In this document: positions 27,119 to 36,586 of the stretch, piece after piece
How positions within the stretch are numbered: position 1 is the stretch's first letter
How the letters are laid out: the number at the start of each line of letters is the position of its first letter
IMG/VR virus record: IMGVR_UViG_3300042509_001467
Location: 16,668 to 80,667 of that record
Length of the DNA stretch: 64,000 bases
Source: a virus
Reading direction: 5' to 3' (one strand)
The notes under the pieces: generated by a model
The model's input: the letters and a program-made list of their open reading frames with translations, nothing else
What the model was told of the DNA's origin: nothing
The model's database searches: none
Position numbers and translations under genes: made by a program

Positions 27119-30100
27119 TGGCAACCCCGTTTGAGCGAACGTTTAAGATCGGTAAGGCGAAGAACTATGTTGACGCGCCAGGTGCGTCTGCACCTGCTCC
27201 AAAGGTTGAACCAAAGGGTAAGCCTGTTCCAATTAGGCGCGATAGTCAAGCCAACAAGAACCCGCTTACTAGAGAGATTAAGCGCGGGGGCGGCAAGGTG
27301 CGCGACCTTGCAACTAAGCCAGGTCAAGAAACCTTTCGTGAAGAAGTGCTTCGCCAACCAAAGTACCCTAAGCAACTACCAGAGAACTTCTCCACCTATC
27401 AGGTGCTAGTCCAAGAGTTTGACGACCTTGACAAGAAGGTTCTCGGGTTCTCAACCGCTGGCGACATTAACGCCGTACCTAAAGAGATTCAGGCTAACCC
27501 TAAGTTCCAAGAGTATTGGGCGAAGCGTGGCGAGATGAAGAAGGGGCGTCAGCAACAACTTGACAACAAGAGGGCGATGATGGAGACTGCCGCCACTATG
27601 GAGCAAAACCGTCAAGCTGGCATGGAGCGTGAGAACCTTACGCCAGAAGAATCTAAGGCGGTCAAAGAGTCTATTGCGCTACCTGGCAAGGTTCAAGACG
27701 TCGCCTACGGATTCTCACGCGACCCTGAGATGGCTGGTAAATCCGACACATCTCTCGCGGCTGATTCAATCATGTATGCCCTGCCCGACTTCTGGGGCGG
27801 CAATATGAGCGGTCTTGCTTTACGTGCCGCTAACGCTGGCAAGGCGTATGACGAGATTGACCCAGGTCAAAGGGCGGCGCAAACCGCATTTAACTTTGGC
27901 GCGTCTCTCGTAGGCGCGGTTGCAATGGGTGGCGCAAACATCGGCGTCAAAGCTGGTCTTAACGCGGCTCGGGCTGGCATGACCGCTAAGGGGCTTTCTG
28001 GTGCGACTAGGGCTATCATGGAGGCTAGGACACTAGCCAAGGGCGCAGACGTATCTGCGAGGGTTGCTAGGCTATCTAACGTTCTAGGCATTGATGCAGT
28101 CAAGGCGGCAAAGCTCTACACCACGGGCGCGGCGGCTGGAAGGTTTACGCTGATGGACTTGCCGGGTTACGGCAAGATGCTTGCCGACAATAACGGCGAT
28201 GCTGGCAAGGCTACCAAGATGTTCTGGGATTCGACCTTTGGCGAGTTCGCCAAGTTTGATACCCTGTTTGATCCTAATGTTCCAATAGACCAGAAAGTCG
28301 CTACGGTGACTGGAATGATTGGGGCGGGGCTTATTGCCGTCGGCACGTCGTTCGGAGCCGCTAAGGGCTACGACCATATCAAGCAGCGGTTTGTAAAACC
28401 AGAGGCGAAGGGGCTTGGATCGGCGTTTGATCCAACGATTGCAGAACCGCTATCGCTACCTGAGCCTGACCCGGTTACGGGCGACCCTATTAAGATTGAG
28501 CCTGTACCTGCTACGGAGGCGGTTGATACCTTACTTGGCAAGGGTAATTTGTCACGCATCGAGGCACTTAGCCCGGACGACATCGAGGTTGATCCGAAGA
28601 TGCAACACCGTCCGATGGGGACTAACAAGGTCGGTGATGGTACTCCGTTCAACATTACGCAAGCCGACAAGATCACCGTCTTTAGAACTAAGGATGGGCG
28701 CAACATCGTAGGCGACGGGCATCACAGGCTAGAGATTGCCAAGAACGCTACCGAGTTTATCAAGCAAGAGCCAGACGGTACAAGCACACCTGCTGATCGC
28801 ACCGTCATGGCAGAGGTCTTGAATGAGGCTGATGGCTGGACGTTTGAGCAAGTCCGCAACATGGCGGCGGTTCGCAACATGGTTGGCGGCACAATCAGCC
28901 CGTTTGAGGCGGCACTTGCGGTCAACCGCATGGGGCTTGACCTTGACGCCCTTGCAAAGCAAGGCTTAAAGCCGCATCACTCTATGGCGAAAGAGGTTAA
29001 GGGGCTACTTAACCTTGACCCTATGCTACTTGAAGAGATGGGAGACTCTGTTCTCGGGATCAATGCAGACCCTAGAGCATCAAGGTTCGCATCGGCTATT
29101 GGGACGGTGGACGGGCTTAACCCTGCCCTGCAACGCGAGGCACTAAAGAACGCCCTTAGCGACCGATCTAACGCTCAGACAGACGCAGACGCAATCCAGA
29201 TCGCCAACGACGTAAAGAACGGAGCAATGACTAAAGCGGTCAAGGCAACTCAGCGCAACATTTTTGACGACGAGCCTGAGCCAGACATTATCGAAGTGCC
29301 TTACGACATCATGAACGCCATTCGCAAGCGGGTTCGTGATACGGTGCGCGGTCAGTACAACAACATCGTTGCAAAGCTAAAGGGTGACACTCGCGGCGGT
29401 GAGGTGATTGACGTGGATAGCCGTCAGGCTGACAAGGCTAATCTTGGTGGATCGGCAGAAAAGGCGGTCGGTCGCGCTACCCAGGCGATGACCTCTGGAA
29501 TGTGGAACGGCGGCAGGAACCCGATTGAGGCGATGGTAGGCGAGGTCGCAAAGCTCGTAGATAGCGGCGACATGACGATTGAGGCGGCAACCCAGCAGGT
29601 TCTTGATAGGGTGCTGACTGAGATTACTGGTTCTGACAAGGACGTGATGAACCGCCAGATGAAGGCTCCTGATGTTTCACGTGAAACATCAGCCATTGAT
29701 GACCTACCAGACTCCAATATCACCGAGGCTCAGGGTGGCTTAGGGCTATTTGCGTTAGGCGGCAATGCTAGTCCGCCACCTGTTACTAGGGTCGGAGACT
29801 CTTTGATCGTAGACCAAACTGCGAAGCCCGAGGTTGGCAGATCGTTTAACCTCCAAGGCTTGACACAACTCCAAGACCAGCTTGGACCAAACGGGGAGAT
29901 TGTGCGCCAAGGCGCACTAAGCAGGGTCTTTGGCGAAATTGGATCACGAATGTCTAGGGCGTTGTTTGATGCAAGCAAGCGCAATATGGATTACCGCGCC
30001 CCGTACATCAAGATGCTCAACAGCGTGGATGAGGCGTTATCGCTTGAAACCAAGTCTCGCGGCAGCTCAATCTTCAAGCGCGGGAAGACCTTTGACGACG

Positions 30101-32226
30101 TTCAGCGTGAGTTCGTAGACATAGCCGAACTACCATTTGATGACCCTAAGCGTATCGCAATCAAGGAGAGCGATACCAATATGGGCGAGGCATTGCGTCG
30201 GCATGACGATCTAACCCAAGGCGTGAAGCGCATGATCGTTCAGGGCAAGATTCTTGACGGTTCAATCAGGGTTGTAGATGAAGAAGGTAACCCAGTCCCG
30301 CCGCAAGACGCGGCGGCGTCTGATGCAATGGTTGACGCGGCGACCGAAGAGTACGGCATCACGGATCGTGGTTACTTCCACCACTCATGGCTTGGCAATA
30401 CCTCTGTTCACGTTCGTAACGCTGACGGTACGACCACTATCATTGGCGACGGGCTAAAAACTTTTACTGAGGCAGAGTTCCTAGCTACCAAGTATGCCAA
30501 CGAAAACCCAGGATCGCGTATTGAGATTAGGGGCAGGGATCGGTACTCAACCAGTAGCGGGTTCAAGCCAGAGGTAACCCGTGGCAAATTCTTTGGCAAA
30601 GTTGCTGAGGTTAAAAAGAAGCTGATTCAAGACCTGCGCGATTCGGGAATGTACGATAGCATTGACGATAGCGGCAACGTCGTGATTGATTTTAACGATA
30701 TGGCAAAAGATGTGGTCGGCTCGGTCGTCACAATCGGCAAGCCGCGCCGCAAGTTCAATAAGGCAACAATGACCCGCGACACCGCGATTAACCCGCTAGG
30801 TAAGCAGGGCTACTCCAAGGATTACCGGGCGGTCATGGATTCGTATATCGCCAACTCTGCCAGGTCGCGTAACCTGACTGAGTTATCTGCGGCTATGAAG
30901 CCGCTTATTGACTCTATCAAGTTAAGCCCTGATTGGAATGATAAAGCGAAACGCGCCGTGGAGATTTTTGAAGAGAAGGTCATTGGCGACATTTGGGGTA
31001 CTCCAACCCGTGTAGATGATGCGGTTGCGGATTTGCTTACAAGCACCGGGCTTGACAAGTTTACGGCTAATCCTACAACGTGGGCGTCTAGCGCATCGGC
31101 GGCACTTACCTCATTCCAGTACCTAGCTAGGTTGCGGTTTAGCCCTAAGCAATGGGCGTTAAACGCCCAGCAAACCCTGCAACTCATTCCTGACATCGGC
31201 GGCAAGGCATACAAGGCGGCAGTAAGCGAGGTGCTTGATAGCTACCGTGGCAAGAATAGCACCGTCAAAGACCTCAAAGATCGGGGTGTTTTATCTGCTG
31301 CTGTTCACGCCGAGGACGTGAACCCATTCCGCAAGGGGTGGAAGTCTACCGACATCAACGCGAATATCTCGGAGTACAACCGCGCTGTTGGCTATGTCGT
31401 AGGGCGCAACAAGGCGATTGAGGCTGGGATCACTGATCCTGACAAGATTCACGACTCGGGCTTGCAATGGGCTACCCGCGCAGAGGGCGATGCAAGTGTT
31501 TACAATAAGCCTGTCGCGTTTCGAGGTCCGATCAACAAGACGGCAACCCAATTCAAGTCCTTTACTGTTCACCAACTTAGAGACATCTTCCAGATGCAAG
31601 AGGGCGAATCCAAGAAGGCGTTCCGCAAACGTGCCCTTGGCAAACTCGGAATCATCGGGCTTACTGGTGGCGCAAAGGCATTGTCGCCTAGCGCATCTAA
31701 GTTCGTTACTGCTTACGCGATGTTCAAACTCAGCGAGAAACTAACTGAGGCAGGGATTAACGAAGAGTATCAAGACGAGCTATTCGCTACGTTCAACAAC
31801 GGCTTGCCAGCCGCGTTCGGCGTTGACATCTCTGGAAGCATGGGGATTCTTGATACCTTTGGGGACAACGTAGTTGAGGTCTTTGGAAGCACTGCCGCAG
31901 GTCCAACACTAGGCGCGGTATCTGGGATGATTGAGCGAAGCTCAATGGGCAAACCTGCCATTGACGGGGTTACACCTTACGCAAAGATGGGAAGGGCTGC
32001 AACGGGCATGGATGAGTTCGACTCGCCTTGGGAGCGCGTCATGCAGACTCTTAATATTCCCTTGATGAAGAAGTCTATCGGCTACAACTACAAGGATGCG
32101 AAGAAGGGTGGCGAGTTCGTTAACGCTGTTCTGAAACCATTCAAGCTATCTATTGATCCCGATGTAGAGAATCGCAAGAAGAAGCGAGAAGTTCGTGCAA
32201 AACGTGAGAAGAGAGAGACGCGATAG
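27118..32226 (+). CDS. Giant internal virion/ejection protein with an internal ParB/Srx-like domain
   Basis: 1702 aa; L...DI.VDP..Q.R...I.V....G..IVGDGHHRL..A (about 28550-28920); C-terminal QFKSF and hydrophobic Gly-rich segments typical of large ejection proteins. Confidence 0.7.
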   Translation: MATPFERTFKIGKAKNYVDAPGASAPAPKVEPKGKPVPIRRDSQANKNPLTREIKRGGGKVRDLATKPGQETFREEVLRQPKYPKQLPENFSTYQVLVQEFDDLDKKVLGFSTAGDINAVPKEIQANPKFQEYWAKRGEMKKGRQQQLDNKRAMMETAATMEQNRQAGMERENLTPEESKAVKESIALPGKVQDVAYGFSRDPEMAGKSDTSLAADSIMYALPDFWGGNMSGLALRAANAGKAYDEIDPGQRAAQTAFNFGASLVGAVAMGGANIGVKAGLNAARAGMTAKGLSGATRAIMEARTLAKGADVSARVARLSNVLGIDAVKAAKLYTTGAAAGRFTLMDLPGYGKMLADNNGDAGKATKMFWDSTFGEFAKFDTLFDPNVPIDQKVATVTGMIGAGLIAVGTSFGAAKGYDHIKQRFVKPEAKGLGSAFDPTIAEPLSLPEPDPVTGDPIKIEPVPATEAVDTLLGKGNLSRIEALSPDDIEVDPKMQHRPMGTNKVGDGTPFNITQADKITVFRTKDGRNIVGDGHHRLEIAKNATEFIKQEPDGTSTPADRTVMAEVLNEADGWTFEQVRNMAAVRNMVGGTISPFEAALAVNRMGLDLDALAKQGLKPHHSMAKEVKGLLNLDPMLLEEMGDSVLGINADPRASRFASAIGTVDGLNPALQREALKNALSDRSNAQTDADAIQIANDVKNGAMTKAVKATQRNIFDDEPEPDIIEVPYDIMNAIRKRVRDTVRGQYNNIVAKLKGDTRGGEVIDVDSRQADKANLGGSAEKAVGRATQAMTSGMWNGGRNPIEAMVGEVAKLVDSGDMTIEAATQQVLDRVLTEITGSDKDVMNRQMKAPDVSRETSAIDDLPDSNITEAQGGLGLFALGGNASPPPVTRVGDSLIVDQTAKPEVGRSFNLQGLTQLQDQLGPNGEIVRQGALSRVFGEIGSRMSRALFDASKRNMDYRAPYIKMLNSVDEALSLETKSRGSSIFKRGKTFDDVQREFVDIAELPFDDPKRIAIKESDTNMGEALRRHDDLTQGVKRMIVQGKILDGSIRVVDEEGNPVPPQDAAASDAMVDAATEEYGITDRGYFHHSWLGNTSVHVRNADGTTTIIGDGLKTFTEAEFLATKYANENPGSRIEIRGRDRYSTSSGFKPEVTRGKFFGKVAEVKKKLIQDLRDSGMYDSIDDSGNVVIDFNDMAKDVVGSVVTIGKPRRKFNKATMTRDTAINPLGKQGYSKDYRAVMDSYIANSARSRNLTELSAAMKPLIDSIKLSPDWNDKAKRAVEIFEEKVIGDIWGTPTRVDDAVADLLTSTGLDKFTANPTTWASSASAALTSFQYLARLRFSPKQWALNAQQTLQLIPDIGGKAYKAAVSEVLDSYRGKNSTVKDLKDRGVLSAAVHAEDVNPFRKGWKSTDINANISEYNRAVGYVVGRNKAIEAGITDPDKIHDSGLQWATRAEGDASVYNKPVAFRGPINKTATQFKSFTVHQLRDIFQMQEGESKKAFRKRALGKLGIIGLTGGAKALSPSASKFVTAYAMFKLSEKLTEAGINEEYQDELFATFNNGLPAAFGVDISGSMGILDTFGDNVVEVFGSTAAGPTLGAVSGMIERSSMGKPAIDGVTPYAKMGRAATGMDEFDSPWERVMQTLNIPLMKKSIGYNYKDAKKGGEFVNAVLKPFKLSIDPDVENRKKKREVRAKREKRETR
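29673..29688. promoter_or_regulatory. parS: parS consensus site TGTTTCACGTGAAACA
   Basis: Exact 16-bp bacterial parS consensus inside a perfect 24-bp palindrome (29669-29692). Confidence 0.8.
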
Positions 32227-32255
32227 CCGTAGTATAATCGTCTTAGGAAACAACT

Positions 32256-32600
32256 ATGCCAACATTTACGTTTGCCGATTTAAGAGAATTGACCGCGCTT
32301 GGCGTAGTCTGCCTTATCTTCATACTCATTGGGTTTGCTACTTACAAGATCATTCTGCCTAAGTTCTTCTCATACCTAGAGACGATGCAGAAGTCAAACA
32401 CGGATGCGATTAAAGAGGTTCACGCAAAGGTAGACGTGACTCTTAGAGAGGTTACTTTGGAGATGCGAACCGCAATGCACGAGGCGGTTAAGACTAGCCA
32501 GCAGATCGCAAAGGATAGTCAAGAGTTTACATTGAAGGTTTTAGATCAAGTCGGTCGGGATCAAAAAGAACAGAAGAAGGAGAAACAAAATGTCAGTTGA
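32256..32600 (+). CDS. Membrane protein (holin-like)
   Basis: One N-terminal TM helix plus coiled coil; TATAAT at 32233-32238. Confidence 0.5.
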   Translation: MPTFTFADLRELTALGVVCLIFILIGFATYKIILPKFFSYLETMQKSNTDAIKEVHAKVDVTLREVTLEMRTAMHEAVKTSQQIAKDSQEFTLKVLDQVGRDQKEQKKEKQNVS

Positions 32601-33228
32601 AGATTTAACACTAATTGAAAGGGCTAAGGGTATTAACCTAGAAAAGCTCGTGCTTGGAAGCCCTGCGTCATACACGTTTAGCTTCACGCTGTATTTTAAT
32701 AACAACGAGGCGTCCCTGTCTGACACTATCTCAGGCAGTGGCGGCACGTACTCAACCCTTGTAGCTATCTGTTCCAGTGCAGGCATTGATGTATCTAAGG
32801 TTGACGCCATTGCAATCTCTTCTTCTGGCACTGTGTACTACAGTGAGGGGCGAGATTCAATCACGGGGGTTGTGACCCCGCTTACCGTAAATGACCAGTC
32901 AATTACGGCTGAATCAATCAAGTTTCCGTCATGCGAGATTAGCGGCGCAAGTAGATACTCTCCAACTATTGCCACGGCTACTGCCGACGGCGCAATGGCT
33001 ACGGGCGCGTGTAGACTTATGTCGGTTACGGGCAACGCCTCTGCCGCTTTCTCTTTCATTCTCTACGATAACACGGCGGCATCTGGAACTAACATTCTTG
33101 GAACGGTCAACTGCATTGCTGGCGAAAATAAGATTGATATTCCAGCAGGGGGCATTGCTATTGCCAACGGGGTCTTCCTTGACATCACTGGAACCGGAAC
33201 GGTTCGGATAACAACGGTGGCATTGTAA
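32590..33228 (+). CDS. Putative structural protein
   Basis: C-terminal LYDNTAASGT..GI....GVFLDITGT motif common in phage virion proteins. Confidence 0.55.
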   Translation: MSVEDLTLIERAKGINLEKLVLGSPASYTFSFTLYFNNNEASLSDTISGSGGTYSTLVAICSSAGIDVSKVDAIAISSSGTVYYSEGRDSITGVVTPLTVNDQSITAESIKFPSCEISGASRYSPTIATATADGAMATGACRLMSVTGNASAAFSFILYDNTAASGTNILGTVNCIAGENKIDIPAGGIAIANGVFLDITGTGTVRITTVAL

Positions 33229-33229
33229 C

Positions 33230-34648
33230 ATGGCTCACGAATTACTCAAGTCTACTCCTGGTCAGGTAAATGGTACAAGTGGTCAACGATTGTTCTCGAC
33301 CACGGGCAACCTTACGCTTAACGCTGGTAACGGTGCGTTAACGACGGCGGTAGTGCCTGATGGGTCAGGCGAGACTCTTGTTAGGCTTACTGGCACAACT
33401 GCCAACTCCACGGTCGGGATTGACTGTTCAATCGCGGCGCGTCAATACAAGCCTCCATTTGCGTTCCAGATTTATCTAGATGATGCTCGGGTTCTAGCTG
33501 GCGACACGGTAGCCGCGTCTTCTGACTACAACCAGTGTGATTGTCAGATCAGCTTTGATGACGCAGATGGTACGTATGATGCAAACTCGCACCGTCATAT
33601 CACAATGCTTACTCGCGGGTGGAACACGATCATCGTTGGCAGGAACTATGCGAACGTTGGGGTTCGCGCTGGAACTCTAGGGTCGCGTGAGGCTGGTACA
33701 AACGTATTGCACGAGGGCAACGGTACTGGCGGTGACGCTATGCCGTTTGTGGCTGGCACTGGGGCTGGCGTTGGCGTGACGGGGGCGGCTTACTCTGCAT
33801 CTCTTTATGACGGCGCAACCGCGCCTCGCAATATCAGAATGAGTTTTTCAACCGCTGGCAATAACAACGTTCAGCGCATCTTCTTCAAAGAGATGGTTGA
33901 CAACTTTGTATGCCAATCTTTGACCTGCAACATTTTTGACGACGGGTACGAATCCACGTACACGATTGCCTTCCCGTACATGAGGGCACTTGGGATCGTT
34001 GGCGTAGTTCCAGTTATCATCAACAAGGTCGGGACGGCTGGGTACATGACCCTAGCGCAACTCCAAGAACTATATGCCGCTGGGTGGGACATCATCCCTC
34101 ACGGTAACGTTCACCCTACGGCGGTTGAGCAAGCTGCGTACACGCAAGCTGAGGCTGACGCGGAGATTGCCCTTTGCCGCGACCAGCTTATTGCGTGGGG
34201 ATTCACTAGGGGTAACGCGCCCTATATCTATGTATCGCCGCAAGGCGGCTTTCAGCGCATGGACAATCCAGAGTTCCGAAACGCGCTCACCAATACTGGC
34301 ATGATCGCATCGTTCGGCACTTCAAACCGCAACACAGGATCATTCCTACTCTCGCCGCACTTTATTCCTCGCATGAACTTTAACACCGTTTCAAGTGTGA
34401 CGGGTTGGGCTATTGCTGACTTACTTAGTCATTATGAGAAGGCTTGTCGCAACGGGATGACTTGCCCGATCATGCTTCACGACATTGTAACGTCTGGGGC
34501 TACTACTGGGGTCAAGCTCCTTGACACCGAGTTTAAGCAACTCATTGATTTACAGTTTAGGCTACAAGAGGCTGGCATCACTAAGGTTGTACCAGTCACT
34601 AAGGCAGTCCCGCTACTCTTAGCAACAAGTCAAAGCATGGCGGCGTAA
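33230..34648 (+). CDS. Tail-associated protein with a polysaccharide deacetylase (NodB/CE4) domain
   Basis: FDDG, GWDI..HG.VH, P.G and LHD motifs in the C-terminal half. Confidence 0.82.
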   Translation: MAHELLKSTPGQVNGTSGQRLFSTTGNLTLNAGNGALTTAVVPDGSGETLVRLTGTTANSTVGIDCSIAARQYKPPFAFQIYLDDARVLAGDTVAASSDYNQCDCQISFDDADGTYDANSHRHITMLTRGWNTIIVGRNYANVGVRAGTLGSREAGTNVLHEGNGTGGDAMPFVAGTGAGVGVTGAAYSASLYDGATAPRNIRMSFSTAGNNNVQRIFFKEMVDNFVCQSLTCNIFDDGYESTYTIAFPYMRALGIVGVVPVIINKVGTAGYMTLAQLQELYAAGWDIIPHGNVHPTAVEQAAYTQAEADAEIALCRDQLIAWGFTRGNAPYIYVSPQGGFQRMDNPEFRNALTNTGMIASFGTSNRNTGSFLLSPHFIPRMNFNTVSSVTGWAIADLLSHYEKACRNGMTCPIMLHDIVTSGATTGVKLLDTEFKQLIDLQFRLQEAGITKVVPVTKAVPLLLATSQSMAA

Positions 34649-34652
34649 CACC

Positions 34653-35441
34653 ATGAAAGCCTTAGCCTTTGGATGTATCCACCACCCGGTAGCCGATCCA
34701 AAGGCTTTGCGGTTTCTACATGACCAGATTGAGGCGTTTCGACCTGACGTGCTGGTAAACCTAGGAGATTGGTACGACGGTGAGGGATGGTCGCGCTGGG
34801 ACAATGAGAATCCTTGGACGATCATTGACGAATACCGGGCGGCGCGTGACCATGCAAGGGTACTCAACTCATTCTCCTTCATCCAAAAGAAGGTCTGGCT
34901 TTATGGCAACCACGAGGCAAACATCTCGGAGCCTGGTAGGTTAAAGAAGTCTCAACGCTCCATCGTGGACTGGCAAGATTGGAGTCCCCCAGGCGGGGGG
35001 CTTAGGGATGAGGTCAAAGATTGGCACGTCATCAAGAAGTACGGTTCGAGTGTTCGTTGGAATCTCGGACCTATTTCTTTTGTGCATGGCGTCAAGGCAA
35101 ACGTTTATTCTGCCAGGGATGAGGCTCGGATGCACTGTGTACCCAACGGGTTAACCGTCTCTGCTCACTCGCATAGACCCGTTATGGTGACCCGTGACTC
35201 TTTGGCGGGTAACCAACCCGCCGACCTCTGGTTTGCCAACGTAGGCACTGGGATAGACGTTTCTAAGGCGCGGTACATTCAGCGTTCAAACTATCAGGGG
35301 TGGGGCATGGCGGTCTGCTTGATCGAGGTTCACTCTACGGACAAGTCGCTGCTGAAAGAAGGGCGGCGCGGGTACATGACCAAGATATGGGATGCAAAGA
35401 CGGAGATACTAGGTATCCAGCGCGATAGGCTAAGAGCATGA
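34653..35441 (+). CDS. Calcineurin-like metallophosphoesterase
   Basis: G-C-I-H, GDWYD, GNHE, HG, HSHR. Confidence 0.85.
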   Translation: MKALAFGCIHHPVADPKALRFLHDQIEAFRPDVLVNLGDWYDGEGWSRWDNENPWTIIDEYRAARDHARVLNSFSFIQKKVWLYGNHEANISEPGRLKKSQRSIVDWQDWSPPGGGLRDEVKDWHVIKKYGSSVRWNLGPISFVHGVKANVYSARDEARMHCVPNGLTVSAHSHRPVMVTRDSLAGNQPADLWFANVGTGIDVSKARYIQRSNYQGWGMAVCLIEVHSTDKSLLKEGRRGYMTKIWDAKTEILGIQRDRLRA

Positions 35442-36163
35442 AGACAATCACCGTCCGCAAGGCAAACGAGATCATCGCTCGGTACGACGGCTTTCTAGGC
35501 TTAGAGATACCCGAGCTAATTGTGCCGACGCCTGATCCTGTAGGCTGGTCCGACAAGGAGATTCTAGTGCCGTGTGGCTTTACGGGTTCGCTCTTCTTCC
35601 AGTCTGAGGGCGTCAATGCTTCCATCGGATCATCCAAGCGAAAGAAGCATAAGAAGGACGAGGAAAAGAATGCATATCTCGACGGGCTGAACCTTGAAGC
35701 GGTCATGGAGCGCGGCATGGTCTTTGCTCAGAACGTCGCTCATTCATTCTTTGACATCACCGTTTGCGGGCGCGAGGAAATAGGTACGGGAATCAAGTTA
35801 GAGAATTGCCAGTCTTTGGTTCTGTGCGGGTCGCTGACGAACATCGGCATACAAGACCCATACAAGACAGGGCAGGGGTACGGGATCATCGTACAGGACT
35901 GCTTGGCGTGCATCATCCATGACGTAGAAATCCGTGGCGCGAGGTACGGCGTCTCCTTTACTGGCTCCGGTGAGGCAAATACGGCGGTGAATATCTTTGG
36001 TGAGGTGTTGGTTGCGCTCGTGGACTTCCATAGTGGCAAGCACCTACGCCCATTCGTTGCTGGTGTGGCTACGATCAAGGACGGCAACGAGACGTTCGGC
36101 GGTGGTTCGGTGGAAGGTCAGTTCTACGGCTACGAGGAATTGCGGCGGGTTGAGAAGGTTTGA
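35438..36163 (+). CDS. Hypothetical protein, beta-helix-like
   Basis: GIKLENC, GYGIIV..C, RYGVSF, DFHSG repeats resemble a pectin-lyase fold. Confidence 0.5.
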   Translation: MKTITVRKANEIIARYDGFLGLEIPELIVPTPDPVGWSDKEILVPCGFTGSLFFQSEGVNASIGSSKRKKHKKDEEKNAYLDGLNLEAVMERGMVFAQNVAHSFFDITVCGREEIGTGIKLENCQSLVLCGSLTNIGIQDPYKTGQGYGIIVQDCLACIIHDVEIRGARYGVSFTGSGEANTAVNIFGEVLVALVDFHSGKHLRPFVAGVATIKDGNETFGGGSVEGQFYGYEELRRVEKV

Positions 36164-36164
36164 G

Positions 36165-36247
36165 TTGTTCGGGATTTCCGAATAAGTGAATTCTCTTTAC
36201 ATATCGCGGATGACGTGCATAGGAAATGGCGGTTTCTTATACACGTC
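36165..36247. terminator. Two stem-loops at the convergence of late and early transcription
   Basis: TTGTTCGG-N5-CCGAATAA and GACGTGcATAGGAAA...TTTCTTATaCACGTC. Confidence 0.5.
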
Positions 36248-36273
36248 GGCGGCTCAATCGCCTCAGTATATAG

Positions 36274-36510
36274 TTACCCAAAGTTGTCAGGGTGCCCCGC
36301 TACGCCAAAGTAACTATCATAGTCAGCATCTGTCATGTCCATCTCGTTAATAGCCTCGTTGAGTTCTGCAAGTTCATCTTTGTTTAGCTTAAAATCTGTG
36401 AAATTGTGTAACCAAGATGCGTAACTAGGATTCGCTATGCATATCTCCCCTACTTCATAACCTTTGTATTTGCCAAATGGCATAATCCTATCTTTTTTGA
36501 CTGCGTTCAT
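36274..36510 (-). CDS. DUF3820/ExoX-C-like small protein
   Basis: MPFGKYKG..V.EI..P.Y..W motif. Confidence 0.75.
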   Translation of the reverse strand: MNAVKKDRIMPFGKYKGYEVGEICIANPSYASWLHNFTDFKLNKDELAELNEAINEMDMTDADYDSYFGVAGHPDNFG

Positions 36511-36586
36511 TGTTCGACCTCTTTTCTGGGTTGTTCGACCTCTTTTGGAGGTTTGTTTCTCGTCGGTCGTGGGGCAAAAGCCCATG

